Virus record (IMG/VR): IMGVR_UViG_3300028887_000069
Location: 52,898 to 116,897 of that record
Direction: 5' to 3' (one strand)
DNA: 64,000 nt
Origin: a virus
Lineage: Duplodnaviria > Heunggongvirae > Uroviricota > Caudoviricetes
Numbering within the stretch: position 1 is the stretch's first letter; every line of letters starts with the position of its first letter. The translations under genes and the position numbers were made by a program. This document shows, piece by piece, positions 29,256-38,086 of this stretch. The notes under the pieces are model-generated. The model saw only the letters and a program-made list of their open reading frames with translations, had not been told where the DNA came from and did no database searches.

Positions 29256-29591
29256 CTAAATCAGACAGACAAGAATCTGCGCCACATGCAACGCCTGGTC
29301 AATGTAAAGGCTCGTAATGTCGGAACACTTGGGGAATTTCTTGTACAGACCCCTGCACTTCCAATAGTCGATAAGGTAATGACCAACCACAAGCATAATC
29401 ACCTTCCACCAAGCGAATATGCCGATGAACGCAAGCGCAAGCGAGAGTCCAAAACCCCATATTGCTGAATGCACAAACAGGATGTAGTTGTACTTGCTCT
29501 TCCACTTGGCAAGAAACGTGCCCTGCAGCGGATAATCCAACACCAAATTGCAGAAATAAAGCACCATGAAACTAAGCAATATCGTCTCCAT
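29256..29591 (-). CDS. Integral membrane protein, 111 aa
   Basis: Three hydrophobic segments. Confidence 0.4.
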   Translation of the reverse strand: METILLSFMVLYFCNLVLDYPLQGTFLAKWKSKYNYILFVHSAIWGFGLSLALAFIGIFAWWKVIMLVVGHYLIDYWKCRGLYKKFPKCSDITSLYIDQALHVAQILVCLI

Positions 29592-31515
29592 ATGTCTTGA
29601 TTGTTTTGTTTAACTTCTTTGCATCCTTCATTTTCGAACTGCCGCTTTCAAGGTCATCTGTTATAAGGAAATCACACTCCTTAATCGAAACCTCCTCCAC
29701 AGTATACCCGAGTTTTGAAATATGCTCCTTGTATTCATTCTTTGTCTTGTAGCCGTAAGCCTTCGGTGAACCTGTAAGTGTCAACTTCAATAACTTACCA
29801 CTACTCTGTTCGGTATGGAAAATCACTTTCCTTCCACCAAATTCCTCTATCGACCTGACAACCGCCATCACGATATTGTACTTGTCCTCGCCTTCATCCC
29901 ATCCCGAGACAACGCTTTTCTCCAATCCATAGAAACTGTATTCACATCCCGACAGTTTCTTGCCAATCTCCTTGACAGTCTTCCCGTCATTGGATATGCC
30001 TTCATATGACAGCATTGAAATAACCTGCTCTATAGTTACCTCTCCAATACCGAACACCCCTTCCACAAAATTGTCCCATACCTTCCCTTCCAATCCCCCT
30101 TCGGAGAGCTTCGCCCTCAATTCACTCTCACTGACGGTCAGATAATCCCACGGGTGTTTGTACACACAACGGTACAACGACTCCATCATCACCTCTCCAA
30201 GACCGAATATCTTGAGTGCCGACATTCCGTTTATGAAACGCTGTATACGGACACCCTCACACTCGTCGTTGATGCACTTGATGAATTTTCCGTTCTCCAC
30301 ATAGAGTCCACTCCCACAATACGGGCACTTGAACTCGTTCAAGATGTCAAACGGCTTCTCACATTGGTTGACCACATTCAATATCTGCGGAATGATGTCC
30401 CCGCTTTTCACTATCGACACTATGGAACCCACGTTGAGGTTGTTCTTCTCTATGAAACTGTAGTTGTACGCACTCGCCTTGGACACCATTGTATCGTCAA
30501 GCGCCACAGGCTCCAATAACGCCACAGGAGTGAACACTCCCGTTTTGCCCATGCTCATCTCAAACCCCTTTACGGTTGTCACACAATCCTCAGGCTTGAA
30601 CTTCACGGCCACCGCCCACAACGGATGGTGCTCCACCTCGCCAAGCACGGAACGGTAACGCTGTTCAACCTTGAACACCATACCGTCAACGCGGTACGGG
30701 CTTTCCTCATACTTGTAGTTCTCATACATCTCAAACAGTTCCACGAAATGCTTGTCAAAACCATTGTTTGTAACCGCAAACGTTGTCTCAACACGATGCA
30801 ACTGTGAATAGTTTTTAAATCCCCAATCCCCTATTTCGGTTATGTCATGGTACACTAACTCGGCACCGTTCATGGAACGCATCTCCACGGGTACAAGGTC
30901 TATCTCCCTCATCTGTCCCTCAGTGGAATCATCCGAGTTCAACACACCCGCCACATAGTTGCGCTCGTTGCTGAACCTGTCTCCGTACTTCTCCGCAAAC
31001 ACATCCTTGCGTATCACAGCCTCGCACCTGACCTCCACAATGTCGTGCACCGCAGGTATGGTCTGTGGATATTGAGACCTGTCTATCTTCGGCAGGTAGT
31101 CACGCCCGTACTCCCCGTCACCACGGGATAATGCATACGTGATATGCCCGTCAATGTACACAAGGTTTATTGCGTTTCCGTCAAGTTTCTGTCCAACCTC
31201 CACCTTCACCGCATACTCCCCGCACTTGGAAATCGCGCCCTTCATCCACTTGGCGAATTCCTCCACGGGTGCCTCGCCCGTGTTCTTGTCAGCCTGTATC
31301 TTCTCAAGCGACCTCATGGGGGTCGGATGCTTCACCTTCGCCTTCCTGTCCCAATACCCCACATTGTTCACCACAGACGATTTCTGTGCCTTCAACTTCT
31401 CCTCAAGGGCATCGAACTCGGCGTCGGTCATTATCGGCTGCTCGTTGTAGTAGGCTTCCTTCGCCTCCGCATAAAGCAACTCGTCACCTTTCAAATTTTC
31501 TTTAATTGTTTCCAT
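29572..31515 (-). CDS. ligA: NAD-dependent DNA ligase (LigA)
   Basis: Ia domain YYNEQPIMTDAEFDALEEKL; adenylation KLDG box; zinc finger CPYCGSGL...C; C-terminal BRCT-like segment. Start taken at the internal ATG preceded by a TAtaTTTG box. Confidence 0.8.
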   Translation of the reverse strand: METIKENLKGDELLYAEAKEAYYNEQPIMTDAEFDALEEKLKAQKSSVVNNVGYWDRKAKVKHPTPMRSLEKIQADKNTGEAPVEEFAKWMKGAISKCGEYAVKVEVGQKLDGNAINLVYIDGHITYALSRGDGEYGRDYLPKIDRSQYPQTIPAVHDIVEVRCEAVIRKDVFAEKYGDRFSNERNYVAGVLNSDDSTEGQMREIDLVPVEMRSMNGAELVYHDITEIGDWGFKNYSQLHRVETTFAVTNNGFDKHFVELFEMYENYKYEESPYRVDGMVFKVEQRYRSVLGEVEHHPLWAVAVKFKPEDCVTTVKGFEMSMGKTGVFTPVALLEPVALDDTMVSKASAYNYSFIEKNNLNVGSIVSIVKSGDIIPQILNVVNQCEKPFDILNEFKCPYCGSGLYVENGKFIKCINDECEGVRIQRFINGMSALKIFGLGEVMMESLYRCVYKHPWDYLTVSESELRAKLSEGGLEGKVWDNFVEGVFGIGEVTIEQVISMLSYEGISNDGKTVKEIGKKLSGCEYSFYGLEKSVVSGWDEGEDKYNIVMAVVRSIEEFGGRKVIFHTEQSSGKLLKLTLTGSPKAYGYKTKNEYKEHISKLGYTVEEVSIKECDFLITDDLESGSSKMKDAKKLNKTIKTYGDDIA

Positions 31516-31519
31516 AACC

Positions 31520-31560
31520 AACGCAAATATACTAAAAAAATCCCGTATCGCTACGGGATT
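31520..31560 (-). promoter_or_regulatory. Middle-type promoter on the minus strand, immediately 5' of ligA; near-leaderless
   Basis: Reverse complement reads tttttttagTAtaTTTGcgttggttATG. Confidence 0.5.
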
Positions 31561-31575
31561 CTGTATTTTTTCCTC
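31530..31575 (-). terminator. Terminator after the SPFH gene on the minus strand
   Basis: aatcccgta-tcgc-tacgggatt with a T-tract on the minus strand. Confidence 0.5.
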
Positions 31576-31583
31576 AATCTTTT

Positions 31584-32375
31584 TTATTTTCCGAAATTGA
31601 TGAACGGCACACTGTTGCCCATCATATAGGTCGGTAATTGTCCAGACCATTTTTGGACAGCTTCGTATTCCACAAGTTTCTGATTGCGTTCCAATGCAGT
31701 CGCCTTGATTCTCATAGCCTCAGCCTCGGCTTCCGCCTTAATCTTGGTCTGCTTGGCCTGTTCCTCAACCTGTATGGTAACGTTCTTAGCCTTCAACGCA
31801 TTCTGCTCGGCGACCTGCTTCTCCTTGATTGCGGTCTCGAACGCATCGTCAAAGTCTATCTCGGTAATCTGGAATTGGATATTGATGAAATAGTTGCTGT
31901 CCAACACCTGACGCAATCCACTCTCGATGTCACGGCGAACGTTATCCCTGTTCGCCACAATCTCCGTGGCGGCATAGTCACCGAATATGTCCTTCATCGT
32001 GCTTCTGATAAACGGCACCACAATCCTGTTATGGTAATCCTCGCCAACGTTCTTCATAAGGTCGGCAACATTCTCCTTCACAAGGTCATAGTTGATAGTG
32101 TAGTCCACAACCGCAGTCTGCACATCCTTCGTGTAGGAGTTCTCCTGTCCGTCGAACTTCTTCTGCTGCACGTTCACCTTCTTTATCGTCTGCACGAACG
32201 GAATCTTAAGATGCGGTCCGTCAGGAATCGACGACTCGTGGATTTTGCCGAAAGTACTCAGCACCCCACGCTGTGTCGACTTGACAGTGTAGAACGAACA
32301 GGCAATGATGATGATTGCCAAAACACCGGCTACCGAAAGCCAGATAATCTCTTTCATGGTAAATGTCTTTTTCAT
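31584..32375 (-). CDS. SPFH/band-7 (prohibitin/HflC-like) membrane protein
   Basis: N-terminal TM segment followed by an SPFH-like core and an Ala/Glu-rich coiled coil. Confidence 0.7.
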   Translation of the reverse strand: MKKTFTMKEIIWLSVAGVLAIIIIACSFYTVKSTQRGVLSTFGKIHESSIPDGPHLKIPFVQTIKKVNVQQKKFDGQENSYTKDVQTAVVDYTINYDLVKENVADLMKNVGEDYHNRIVVPFIRSTMKDIFGDYAATEIVANRDNVRRDIESGLRQVLDSNYFINIQFQITEIDFDDAFETAIKEKQVAEQNALKAKNVTIQVEEQAKQTKIKAEAEAEAMRIKATALERNQKLVEYEAVQKWSGQLPTYMMGNSVPFINFGK

Positions 32376-32406
32376 GTTTCCAAATTTTTTAATTAATACT
32401 ATATTT

Positions 32407-32781
32407 TCATTTTCCTATATTCCAAACCAACCTGTATCCATACTCCTCACAATACTTCTCCAACACACCTCTGTAAAACTTCAACCCTTCCTCAGTGAAC
32501 TCCGATACGGGGAAGTCAAGACTCGACCCATATACAAGCAACACCTTTTCCGCACTGTTACCGCCATATAAGGTGTAGAACGCACCAAACGGCATCTGCC
32601 TCTTTGTGGTTGTCAATTCCATCGCCCTCTCAAAGTCCATCTCGGGATTATGCATGACCATGAAAAGCCCGCTGTGCGAATTGCACTTGTTCTCCTTGTT
32701 GTAGAAATACAACTCGCCGCCTCCTCCCTTCAGGGGAAAAATGATGAATCTGTAACAGGTAATCTCGGGTGTTGTTATCAT
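32407..32781 (-). CDS. Hypothetical protein, 124 aa
   Basis: ORF only. Confidence 0.4.
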   Translation of the reverse strand: MITTPEITCYRFIIFPLKGGGGELYFYNKENKCNSHSGLFMVMHNPEMDFERAMELTTTKRQMPFGAFYTLYGGNSAEKVLLVYGSSLDFPVSEFTEEGLKFYRGVLEKYCEEYGYRLVWNIGK

Positions 32782-32936
32782 ATTTGCCTTAACATTTCGT
32801 CAACCTGCTTCAACTTGCGCTTGGTCCTCCTAAGTTTCTTCTTGTCTTCCTTTATTTGAACCTCAGTGTCATGCTTCTCGGTCAACAGTTCCTTTTTGAC
32901 ACTCCTTAGTTTCTTCTTCATGTTGTCGTCTTCCAT
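32778..32936 (-). CDS. Small basic coiled-coil protein, 52 aa (manual call)
   Basis: ATGA overlap with the downstream gene; a late-type box lies upstream. Confidence 0.25.
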   Translation of the reverse strand: MEDDNMKKKLRSVKKELLTEKHDTEVQIKEDKKKLRRTKRKLKQVDEMLRQI

Positions 32937-33072
32937 ATCGCTTTACAGTTAAGACATATTATTTCCCTTAACTATAAATATCCGACAACCTGTCTTCGGA
33001 GTTTCTTTCACATTTGCAAAGGTAATGCCTTTTTCCGAATGGACCAAATCTTTTTTGTTAAAGAATGTTAAT

Positions 33073-33426
33073 TCACTCGTATATGTAGTCGATTATCCGC
33101 CTGAACGCCTCGGCATCATCCCCATCCAATTCCCATGGACGCTTGCCCACACTCAATATGTCGGGCATCTCTACATCCTTCGTGACGAACGCCACCACAT
33201 AGCACGACTCGGGATTCTTGAAACAACTCTCATGCACACAGAACCCAATATCCTCACCCTTCCCGTAATAGGTCTCCCCAACCTTCTCAAACTCCTCCTC
33301 TTTCCCGTAATAAGGATTCTTTTCCCATTTCACTATCTCTGCGGCATACCCACCGTTATACCCCATCCCCTCATGGATGACCTTCAACTCGACGTCACCG
33401 AACCTGAACCTTTTCAACTCTTTCAT
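33073..33426 (-). CDS. Hypothetical protein, 117 aa
   Basis: ORF only. Confidence 0.4.
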   Translation of the reverse strand: MKELKRFRFGDVELKVIHEGMGYNGGYAAEIVKWEKNPYYGKEEEFEKVGETYYGKGEDIGFCVHESCFKNPESCYVVAFVTKDVEMPDILSVGKRPWELDGDDAEAFRRIIDYIYE

Positions 33427-33549
33427 GACTTATCCATTTTTACGGTAAAACTCATTATACCATTTCTCGGCAACTTTCTTTTCAATAATCTGTTTAATTT
33501 CTTTCTCCATATGTCTTTTATGTTTGTTTTTGCATCACAAATATACTAT

Positions 33550-33590
33550 AAAAAAACAAAAAAAGCGGGTCTCCGAAAAAAAACCCGCCT
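33550..33590 (-). terminator. Terminator on the minus strand
   Basis: gcgggt...acccgc hairpin followed by a T-run on the minus strand. Confidence 0.5.
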
Positions 33591-33619
33591 TTCATACTAT
33601 GGGAAAAACTAAAACATCC

Positions 33620-34057
33620 TCATTTCTGCTTCTTCACTATCCTGAAGTTCTTCTCCGCACCCTTAGGCTCTATCAACTGCAGACGGTACTCACCGCACTG
33701 ATAACTCGACATGTCAACGTAACCGACACCACCGTTGATGTAGTTCTTCGTCACAGCCTGGTCATTGGCGTCATACAGATAGTAGGTTATACCCGATACA
33801 CTGCCGACACTGACCTTAACCTTGTCGGTACGACCCTCCTGCTTCACGGTGGCCGCATTGTCCATAACAGTCACGTTCGCAATGCTCATCTCGGTGACTG
33901 TGTAACTGTAGGTCTTCACGGCAGTACCGCATATGCGGTCACCCCTCTGAACAGACACCCTGCTGTTGTTGCTGACAGACACCTGCCTCACGGGACGCTG
34001 CCCCATCACCACGCACACGGCGCAGACGAATAAAACAATACTTAAGATTTTCTTCAT
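33620..34057 (-). CDS. Secreted beta-rich protein, 145 aa
   Basis: Signal peptide MKKILSIVLFVCAVCVVMGQ. Confidence 0.45.
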   Translation of the reverse strand: MKKILSIVLFVCAVCVVMGQRPVRQVSVSNNSRVSVQRGDRICGTAVKTYSYTVTEMSIANVTVMDNAATVKQEGRTDKVKVSVGSVSGITYYLYDANDQAVTKNYINGGVGYVDMSSYQCGEYRLQLIEPKGAEKNFRIVKKQK

Positions 34058-34156
34058 AACTCTTCCTTTGTTTTTTACCTTATTATTATTCTCTACCCTT
34101 TAGTGCATCTTATAAGCAATTTATTTTACTTTCACCTGACTGTAAATGGACAATTA

Positions 34157-34591
34157 CTATAGGTCACCGTACGGAATGCATCTCCAATCAAAGTTTTCGT
34201 CGTGAAAGTCGGCTCTTTCATCATCTGTCATGTTTTTGGTAGCCTCATCATCCATGTCCTCCCATTTGCGGGCTATGTTCTGAGCCTGCTTGTGTTTTCT
34301 GTTAAAGAATGTGTATAGGGTGTCAAACGCATCAAACGCCTTCATCATTATCTTGCTGTCAGAGCTATAGCCACCACCACATCTATTCCCACCTTCGTTC
34401 CACCAACCACCTGTTTGAAATGCATTGAGGGCTTCCTCAATTACACGCAACGCATCCTGCACCTCTTCGAAGTTATCCAACCTATCCGCACGATAATAGG
34501 CATGCGACATCGTCTTGTAATCTATCTCGTCAATGACTTCCCTTATCAACCCCTTCAACTCACGCTCGTTCAACTTTATTGTCCGTTTCAT
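34157..34591 (-). CDS. Hypothetical protein, 144 aa, with shared N-terminal motif MKRTIKLNERELKGLI
   Basis: A late-type box lies upstream; no SD. Confidence 0.45.
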   Translation of the reverse strand: MKRTIKLNERELKGLIREVIDEIDYKTMSHAYYRADRLDNFEEVQDALRVIEEALNAFQTGGWWNEGGNRCGGGYSSDSKIMMKAFDAFDTLYTFFNRKHKQAQNIARKWEDMDDEATKNMTDDERADFHDENFDWRCIPYGDL

Positions 34592-34639
34592 AATTTATGT
34601 TTTGTTTTTATATCTTATTTAAGATATAAATAGTATGGA

Positions 34640-35000
34640 AAACATAAATATGGCACCCCTATATTTTCCACAAAAATTTTTTCTGGATTTTTTTTTGGAT
34701 AGGGGATAGTCCAAAAAAGAGGGGTGGGGGTCTTGAGAAAAGGCAATTTTTTTCTGGATTTTTTTTTGGGAAACGTCGTTCGGTAATGTGAAGACACGCT
34801 TTTGGGAAAAAACAAGAAAGGCACCTTATGGAAAAAGGCAATTTTTTTTCTGGATTTTTTTTGGAAACGTCGTTCGCGGAACCGTGTCCCTGTTTTAGGG
34901 CAAACAGAGGGAGGGGGTGTGCGGGGGGATACGTAGGCAGCCCCCACGTAGGGAGGGGGTATGGCAGGGGGTTGCATACCCCTACCCCATACCCCTATGT
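34640..35000. other. Non-coding region with three direct repeats of ttttttctggattttttttgg, poly-T tracts, and a GC-rich palindromic G-run/C-run block
   Basis: Repeats lie near 34678, 34750 and 34841. A G-rich block at about 34900-35000 carries gggaggggg x2 alongside ccccatacccc / ggggtatgg complementarity. The track ORF here is low-complexity and spurious. Confidence 0.4.
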
Positions 35001-35009
35001 GCCAATGTG

Positions 35010-35327
35010 TCAGTCGGTGGTCTGATAGTAGTATGACAAATCGTCATCCTTGAGGTTGGTGCAGCACCAATGGTCAATCTTTCGCCACAACTCATCGTAA
35101 ACGTGAGCGAGGTTGTTGTTGCGGTCAGCGTGTTGCCATATCTTGTGATTGAGAACGAGAGCCAACTCGGTAACATAAACCGTGTTGTTTTTCCACTCCT
35201 TAAAGGCACGGTTGTAGGTGTCTTTCACGGCAGACACACCGAAACGGTCGGCGATTGAGAAATCGTCCCAAAAGGTTGTTTTGGTTTCGTAGCCGCAGTT
35301 TTCAAGCATAAATTGTTTCCAAGTCAT
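35010..35327 (-). CDS. Hypothetical protein, 105 aa
   Basis: ORF with an early-type promoter on the minus strand upstream. Confidence 0.4.
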   Translation of the reverse strand: MTWKQFMLENCGYETKTTFWDDFSIADRFGVSAVKDTYNRAFKEWKNNTVYVTELALVLNHKIWQHADRNNNLAHVYDELWRKIDHWCCTNLKDDDLSYYYQTTD

Positions 35328-35430
35328 AGTGTTTAGGGTTTTAGTTAATACTTCGTTTGTTGTTCGTTACGTATGCAAAGGTACAAAATGTTTTTGGACT
35401 ATGCAAATTTTTAACGTTTGATGAGGTGTT

Positions 35431-35548
35431 TTATTTTGTCGCTTGTTTCCTCAATGAGAGAAACGAAAAGGGTTGCACAAAAGGCGGATATGGCGATGAT
35501 GCCGATAACCGACAAAAGGATGAAGAAGAAAAAAAGGATTGTTTTCAT
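35431..35548 (-). CDS. Small hydrophobic peptide, 38 aa (manual call)
   Basis: MKTILFFFFILLSVIGIIAISAFCATLSFLSLRKQATK; a minus-strand early-type promoter lies upstream. Confidence 0.3.
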
Positions 35549-35857
35549 AGGTCAATGTGTTTTAGTTAATACTTTGTTTTAATTTTACATTTGCAAAGAT
35601 AAGGTTATTTTTTGGATTGTGCAAATTTTTAACATTTTGGGTTTTGCGGATTTTGTATGTGGGCTGTTTCCCTTTAACACTTGCAAATATAACACTTCCA
35701 TTTGGATTGGGCAAGGATTTTAACATTTAATTTTCAGCGAGGGGAAAAGTTTGCGTTAGGAGTGTTAAAAATTTTTCCATATCAATTTAATTTATTACCT
35801 TTGCAAGCGTAAACAAACGAAAACACATTTTATTAATCATTAAAGAAAGGAGACAAT

Positions 35858-36112
35858 ATGAAAGTGAACGAAAACAAAATCAAAGAGTGGAAAGAGATGA
35901 CCGACAATAATCTGCATAGCGAGGTACGCTTGGAGATTGCGGTTTACTTTGGGTTTCACGACTACAAGATGATGTTCAAGCGGTTTGTTGAGAAAGACGG
36001 ACTGACTTGGAGCGAGTATGTGGAGCGGAACCGACTTTCGGAGGCAATGTTTGCACGTATAAAGGGGTTGTATGGCGATGAGGTCGCAAAGGAGATATAC
36101 AATGTATGTTAA
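35858..36112 (+). CDS. Small early protein, 84 aa
   Basis: EP+SD+ORF. Confidence 0.45.
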   Translation: MKVNENKIKEWKEMTDNNLHSEVRLEIAVYFGFHDYKMMFKRFVEKDGLTWSEYVERNRLSEAMFARIKGLYGDEVAKEIYNVC

Positions 36113-36137
36113 ACATAAAAAGAAAGGAGAAAAGACT

Positions 36138-36299
36138 ATGAGAAAGATTTGGGAAATCGTAAAGGGTTTTATAGGTATCGTTTTGGCGGTTTGGCTGTTG
36201 GTTGCGGTCGATAACTACTACGTCAAGAAAACACACAACAAGAGCATATTGAAGATTGTGAAGAAAGAGGTTGTTGAGTTTGTCAAGTGTGCGGTGTAG
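36138..36299 (+). CDS. Small membrane protein, 53 aa
   Basis: SD+ORF; start trimmed to the ATG after the SD. Confidence 0.4.
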   Translation: MRKIWEIVKGFIGIVLAVWLLVAVDNYYVKKTHNKSILKIVKKEVVEFVKCAV

Positions 36300-36393
36300 G
36301 GGAAATAAAATGTTAAAAAATTTGGTGGATTGGGAAAAAAGACTTATCTTTGCAAACGTCAATCAAAGTTAAACTAAAACACAATAAAAGGGA

Positions 36394-36486
36394 ATGAACA
36401 AAGCAAAAAACATTTTTCAAGCGACAACATTTGTATTGTGCATCGCAATCGTCTTGACGGCAACAATCGTTTCGGTAATAACCTAT
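36394..36486 (+). CDS. Hydrophobic peptide, 30 aa (manual call)
   Basis: EP upstream; the ORF is below the track cutoff. Confidence 0.25.
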
Positions 36487-36510
36487 TAAAAAAAGAAAGG
36501 AGACAAAACT

Positions 36511-36669
36511 ATGGCAAAGTATTTTTTCAACATTGAGTACACGGACGGAACGACAAAAAGGGTTGAGGGAAACGACCTATCCGATTTGATGGCAAATCAG
36601 AGGGGTTGGGTGAAAAAGGCAATGAAAGACGGAAAGATTAGCGGAGTCAGCGGTGTTATGCCCTCATAG
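36511..36669 (+). CDS. Small protein, 52 aa (manual call)
   Basis: SD+ORF, with a terminator downstream. Confidence 0.35.
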   Translation: MAKYFFNIEYTDGTTKRVEGNDLSDLMANQRGWVKKAMKDGKISGVSGVMPS

Positions 36670-36699
36670 GAGAAATTGGTTAATAAAAGGTGAATACGA

Positions 36700-36731
36700 C
36701 CTCACGTTGGGAAACGTGGGGTTTCTTTTTT
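36700..36731 (+). terminator. Rho-independent terminator
   Basis: cctcacg-ttgggaaa-cgtgggg followed by a T-tract. Confidence 0.7.
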
Positions 36732-36740
36732 GCCTTTGCT

Positions 36741-36790
36741 TTACATTTGCAAATATAACACTTTTATTTGGACTGTGCAAATTTTTAACA
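36741..36790 (-). repeat. The same promoter cassette in inverted orientation, pointing back toward the terminator of the upstream plus-strand gene
   Basis: The reverse complement of 36741-36790 reads gttaaaaatttgcacagtccaaataaaagtgttatatttgcaaatgtaa. Confidence 0.55.
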
Positions 36791-36875
36791 ATTGAAAATA
36801 AAGTGTTAAAAATTTTGCCATATCAAATTTTCTTCTTACTTTTGCAAGCGTAACAAACAAAGAAAGGAGAAAACT

Positions 36876-37073
36876 ATGAAAATCGTTGAAAAGGATTTAT
36901 ATTCAGTTTTGCTGAAATTACGTGATACACGAAAGCAAAACAACGAACCTGCTGACACAATTCTTGAAGAAATTATTGAGGGGTTTCGCCCTACGGCACA
37001 CGGTTGTGCAAGGGATGCAAGAAAGTATCTGAAAGATAATAATATTGATTATACACTTAAAAGTAACGGTTGA
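36876..37073 (+). CDS. Small early protein, 65 aa
   Basis: EP+SD+ORF. Confidence 0.45.
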   Translation: MKIVEKDLYSVLLKLRDTRKQNNEPADTILEEIIEGFRPTAHGCARDARKYLKDNNIDYTLKSNG

Positions 37074-37169
37074 TTGCGGTTGGAAAAATAAAGTGTTAAA
37101 ATATTTCTCTATATGGAAAAACTTTCTTACTTTTGCAAGTGTAACAAACAAAAAGAAAGGAGCAACATT

Positions 37170-37532
37170 ATGAAAATTATTCACAACGACAGCCACCACT
37201 ACAGCAACAGCAACCCACCGAAGCTGCCCAAAGCCGCCAACAGGACCGTGGCGTACACAAAAGAAATCAAGTATTGCAGCGACTGCCCTATGTGCAAACT
37301 GTCTATGGTGTATTATGACGCTGAGGTGGACCAGGACGTTCAGGACCTATTCTGCACCAAATACGATAAACCAGAGATGGTACACTGGGCCCTCCACTGG
37401 GACGAGATAGCTGCTCGCAACTCCTCACACACTGGCGACGACCTTGTACCAGAGAACTGCCCGCTGATACCAAATGAGTTCAATAGTGAGCCTATTCATG
37501 AACCCAATGATGACCCCAATGGAATACATTAA
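37170..37532 (+). CDS. Small early protein, 120 aa
   Basis: EP+SD+ORF; start trimmed. Confidence 0.45.
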   Translation: MKIIHNDSHHYSNSNPPKLPKAANRTVAYTKEIKYCSDCPMCKLSMVYYDAEVDQDVQDLFCTKYDKPEMVHWALHWDEIAARNSSHTGDDLVPENCPLIPNEFNSEPIHEPNDDPNGIH

Positions 37533-37573
37533 CGAAAAATATTAAGTATTGGGTATGGTGAAAGTGTTAAAAA

Positions 37574-37605
37574 TTTGGTGGATTGAAAAATTAATCTTAC
37601 CTTTG
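37574..37605 (+). promoter_or_regulatory. Representative early promoter (EP): -33 TTTG, 20 nt, -7 TAccTTTG; Bacteroidota sigma-A type
   Basis: The unit gttaaaaatTTGgtggattgaaaaattaatctTAccTTTGcatacgtaa recurs with small variations upstream of about 45 genes or operons between 35.8 and 63 kb. Confidence 0.7.
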
Positions 37606-37640
37606 CATACGTAATCAATCAAAAAAGAAAGGAGAATAAA

Positions 37641-38033
37641 ATGACAAACGAAGAAAAAGCAAAGAATGGGTTAGTCTATGAACTTCACGGGTTGTACGAA
37701 TATGATGGTTTAACAAAAAAAGAGATAGTTAAACTTATAGATTCCACGTTAGACGATGGAGATTTTGAATCAAAGGAGATAACAAAGAAAGAAGTTGTTA
37801 GCAAGGACAAGATATTTGGGCATACTATGACAGAGATAGTTGAATTTCTGTCGAATATGGAGACCAAGTACGGAGTCGGTTGTTTAGAGGAGGAAAGGTA
37901 TTCGTATGAAGATTACGACTTGATATACAAATACAGTACGAAAGAGACTGTAGATGATATAATCACTCGTCTTATGGAAAAGATGACTGTCGTGTGCGAA
38001 AAATACTTAAATGTTAAAAATTTTTCTATGTGA
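37641..38033 (+). CDS. Small early protein, 130 aa
   Basis: EP+SD+ORF. Confidence 0.45.
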   Translation: MTNEEKAKNGLVYELHGLYEYDGLTKKEIVKLIDSTLDDGDFESKEITKKEVVSKDKIFGHTMTEIVEFLSNMETKYGVGCLEEERYSYEDYDLIYKYSTKETVDDIITRLMEKMTVVCEKYLNVKNFSM

Positions 38034-38086
38034 AAACTTTTTCTTACCTTTGCATACGTAATCAATCAAAAAAGAAAGGACAAACA

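Noticed and set aside
34615-34977. Track ORF, 120 aa, minus strand, with sequence PPAIPPPYVGAAY...KKSRKK
   Set aside because: It is translated from the poly-T/poly-G repeat region. It has low complexity and no start context, so it is almost certainly non-coding.
36072-36137. N-terminal extensions of many track ORFs (for example 36072, 37113, 38030, 38485, 42193, 44354, 53657) that begin inside promoter or UTR sequence
   Set aside because: The extensions run through the promoter -7 box and the SD sequence. Starts were reset to the ATG 5-8 nt after the AAAGAAAGGAG.
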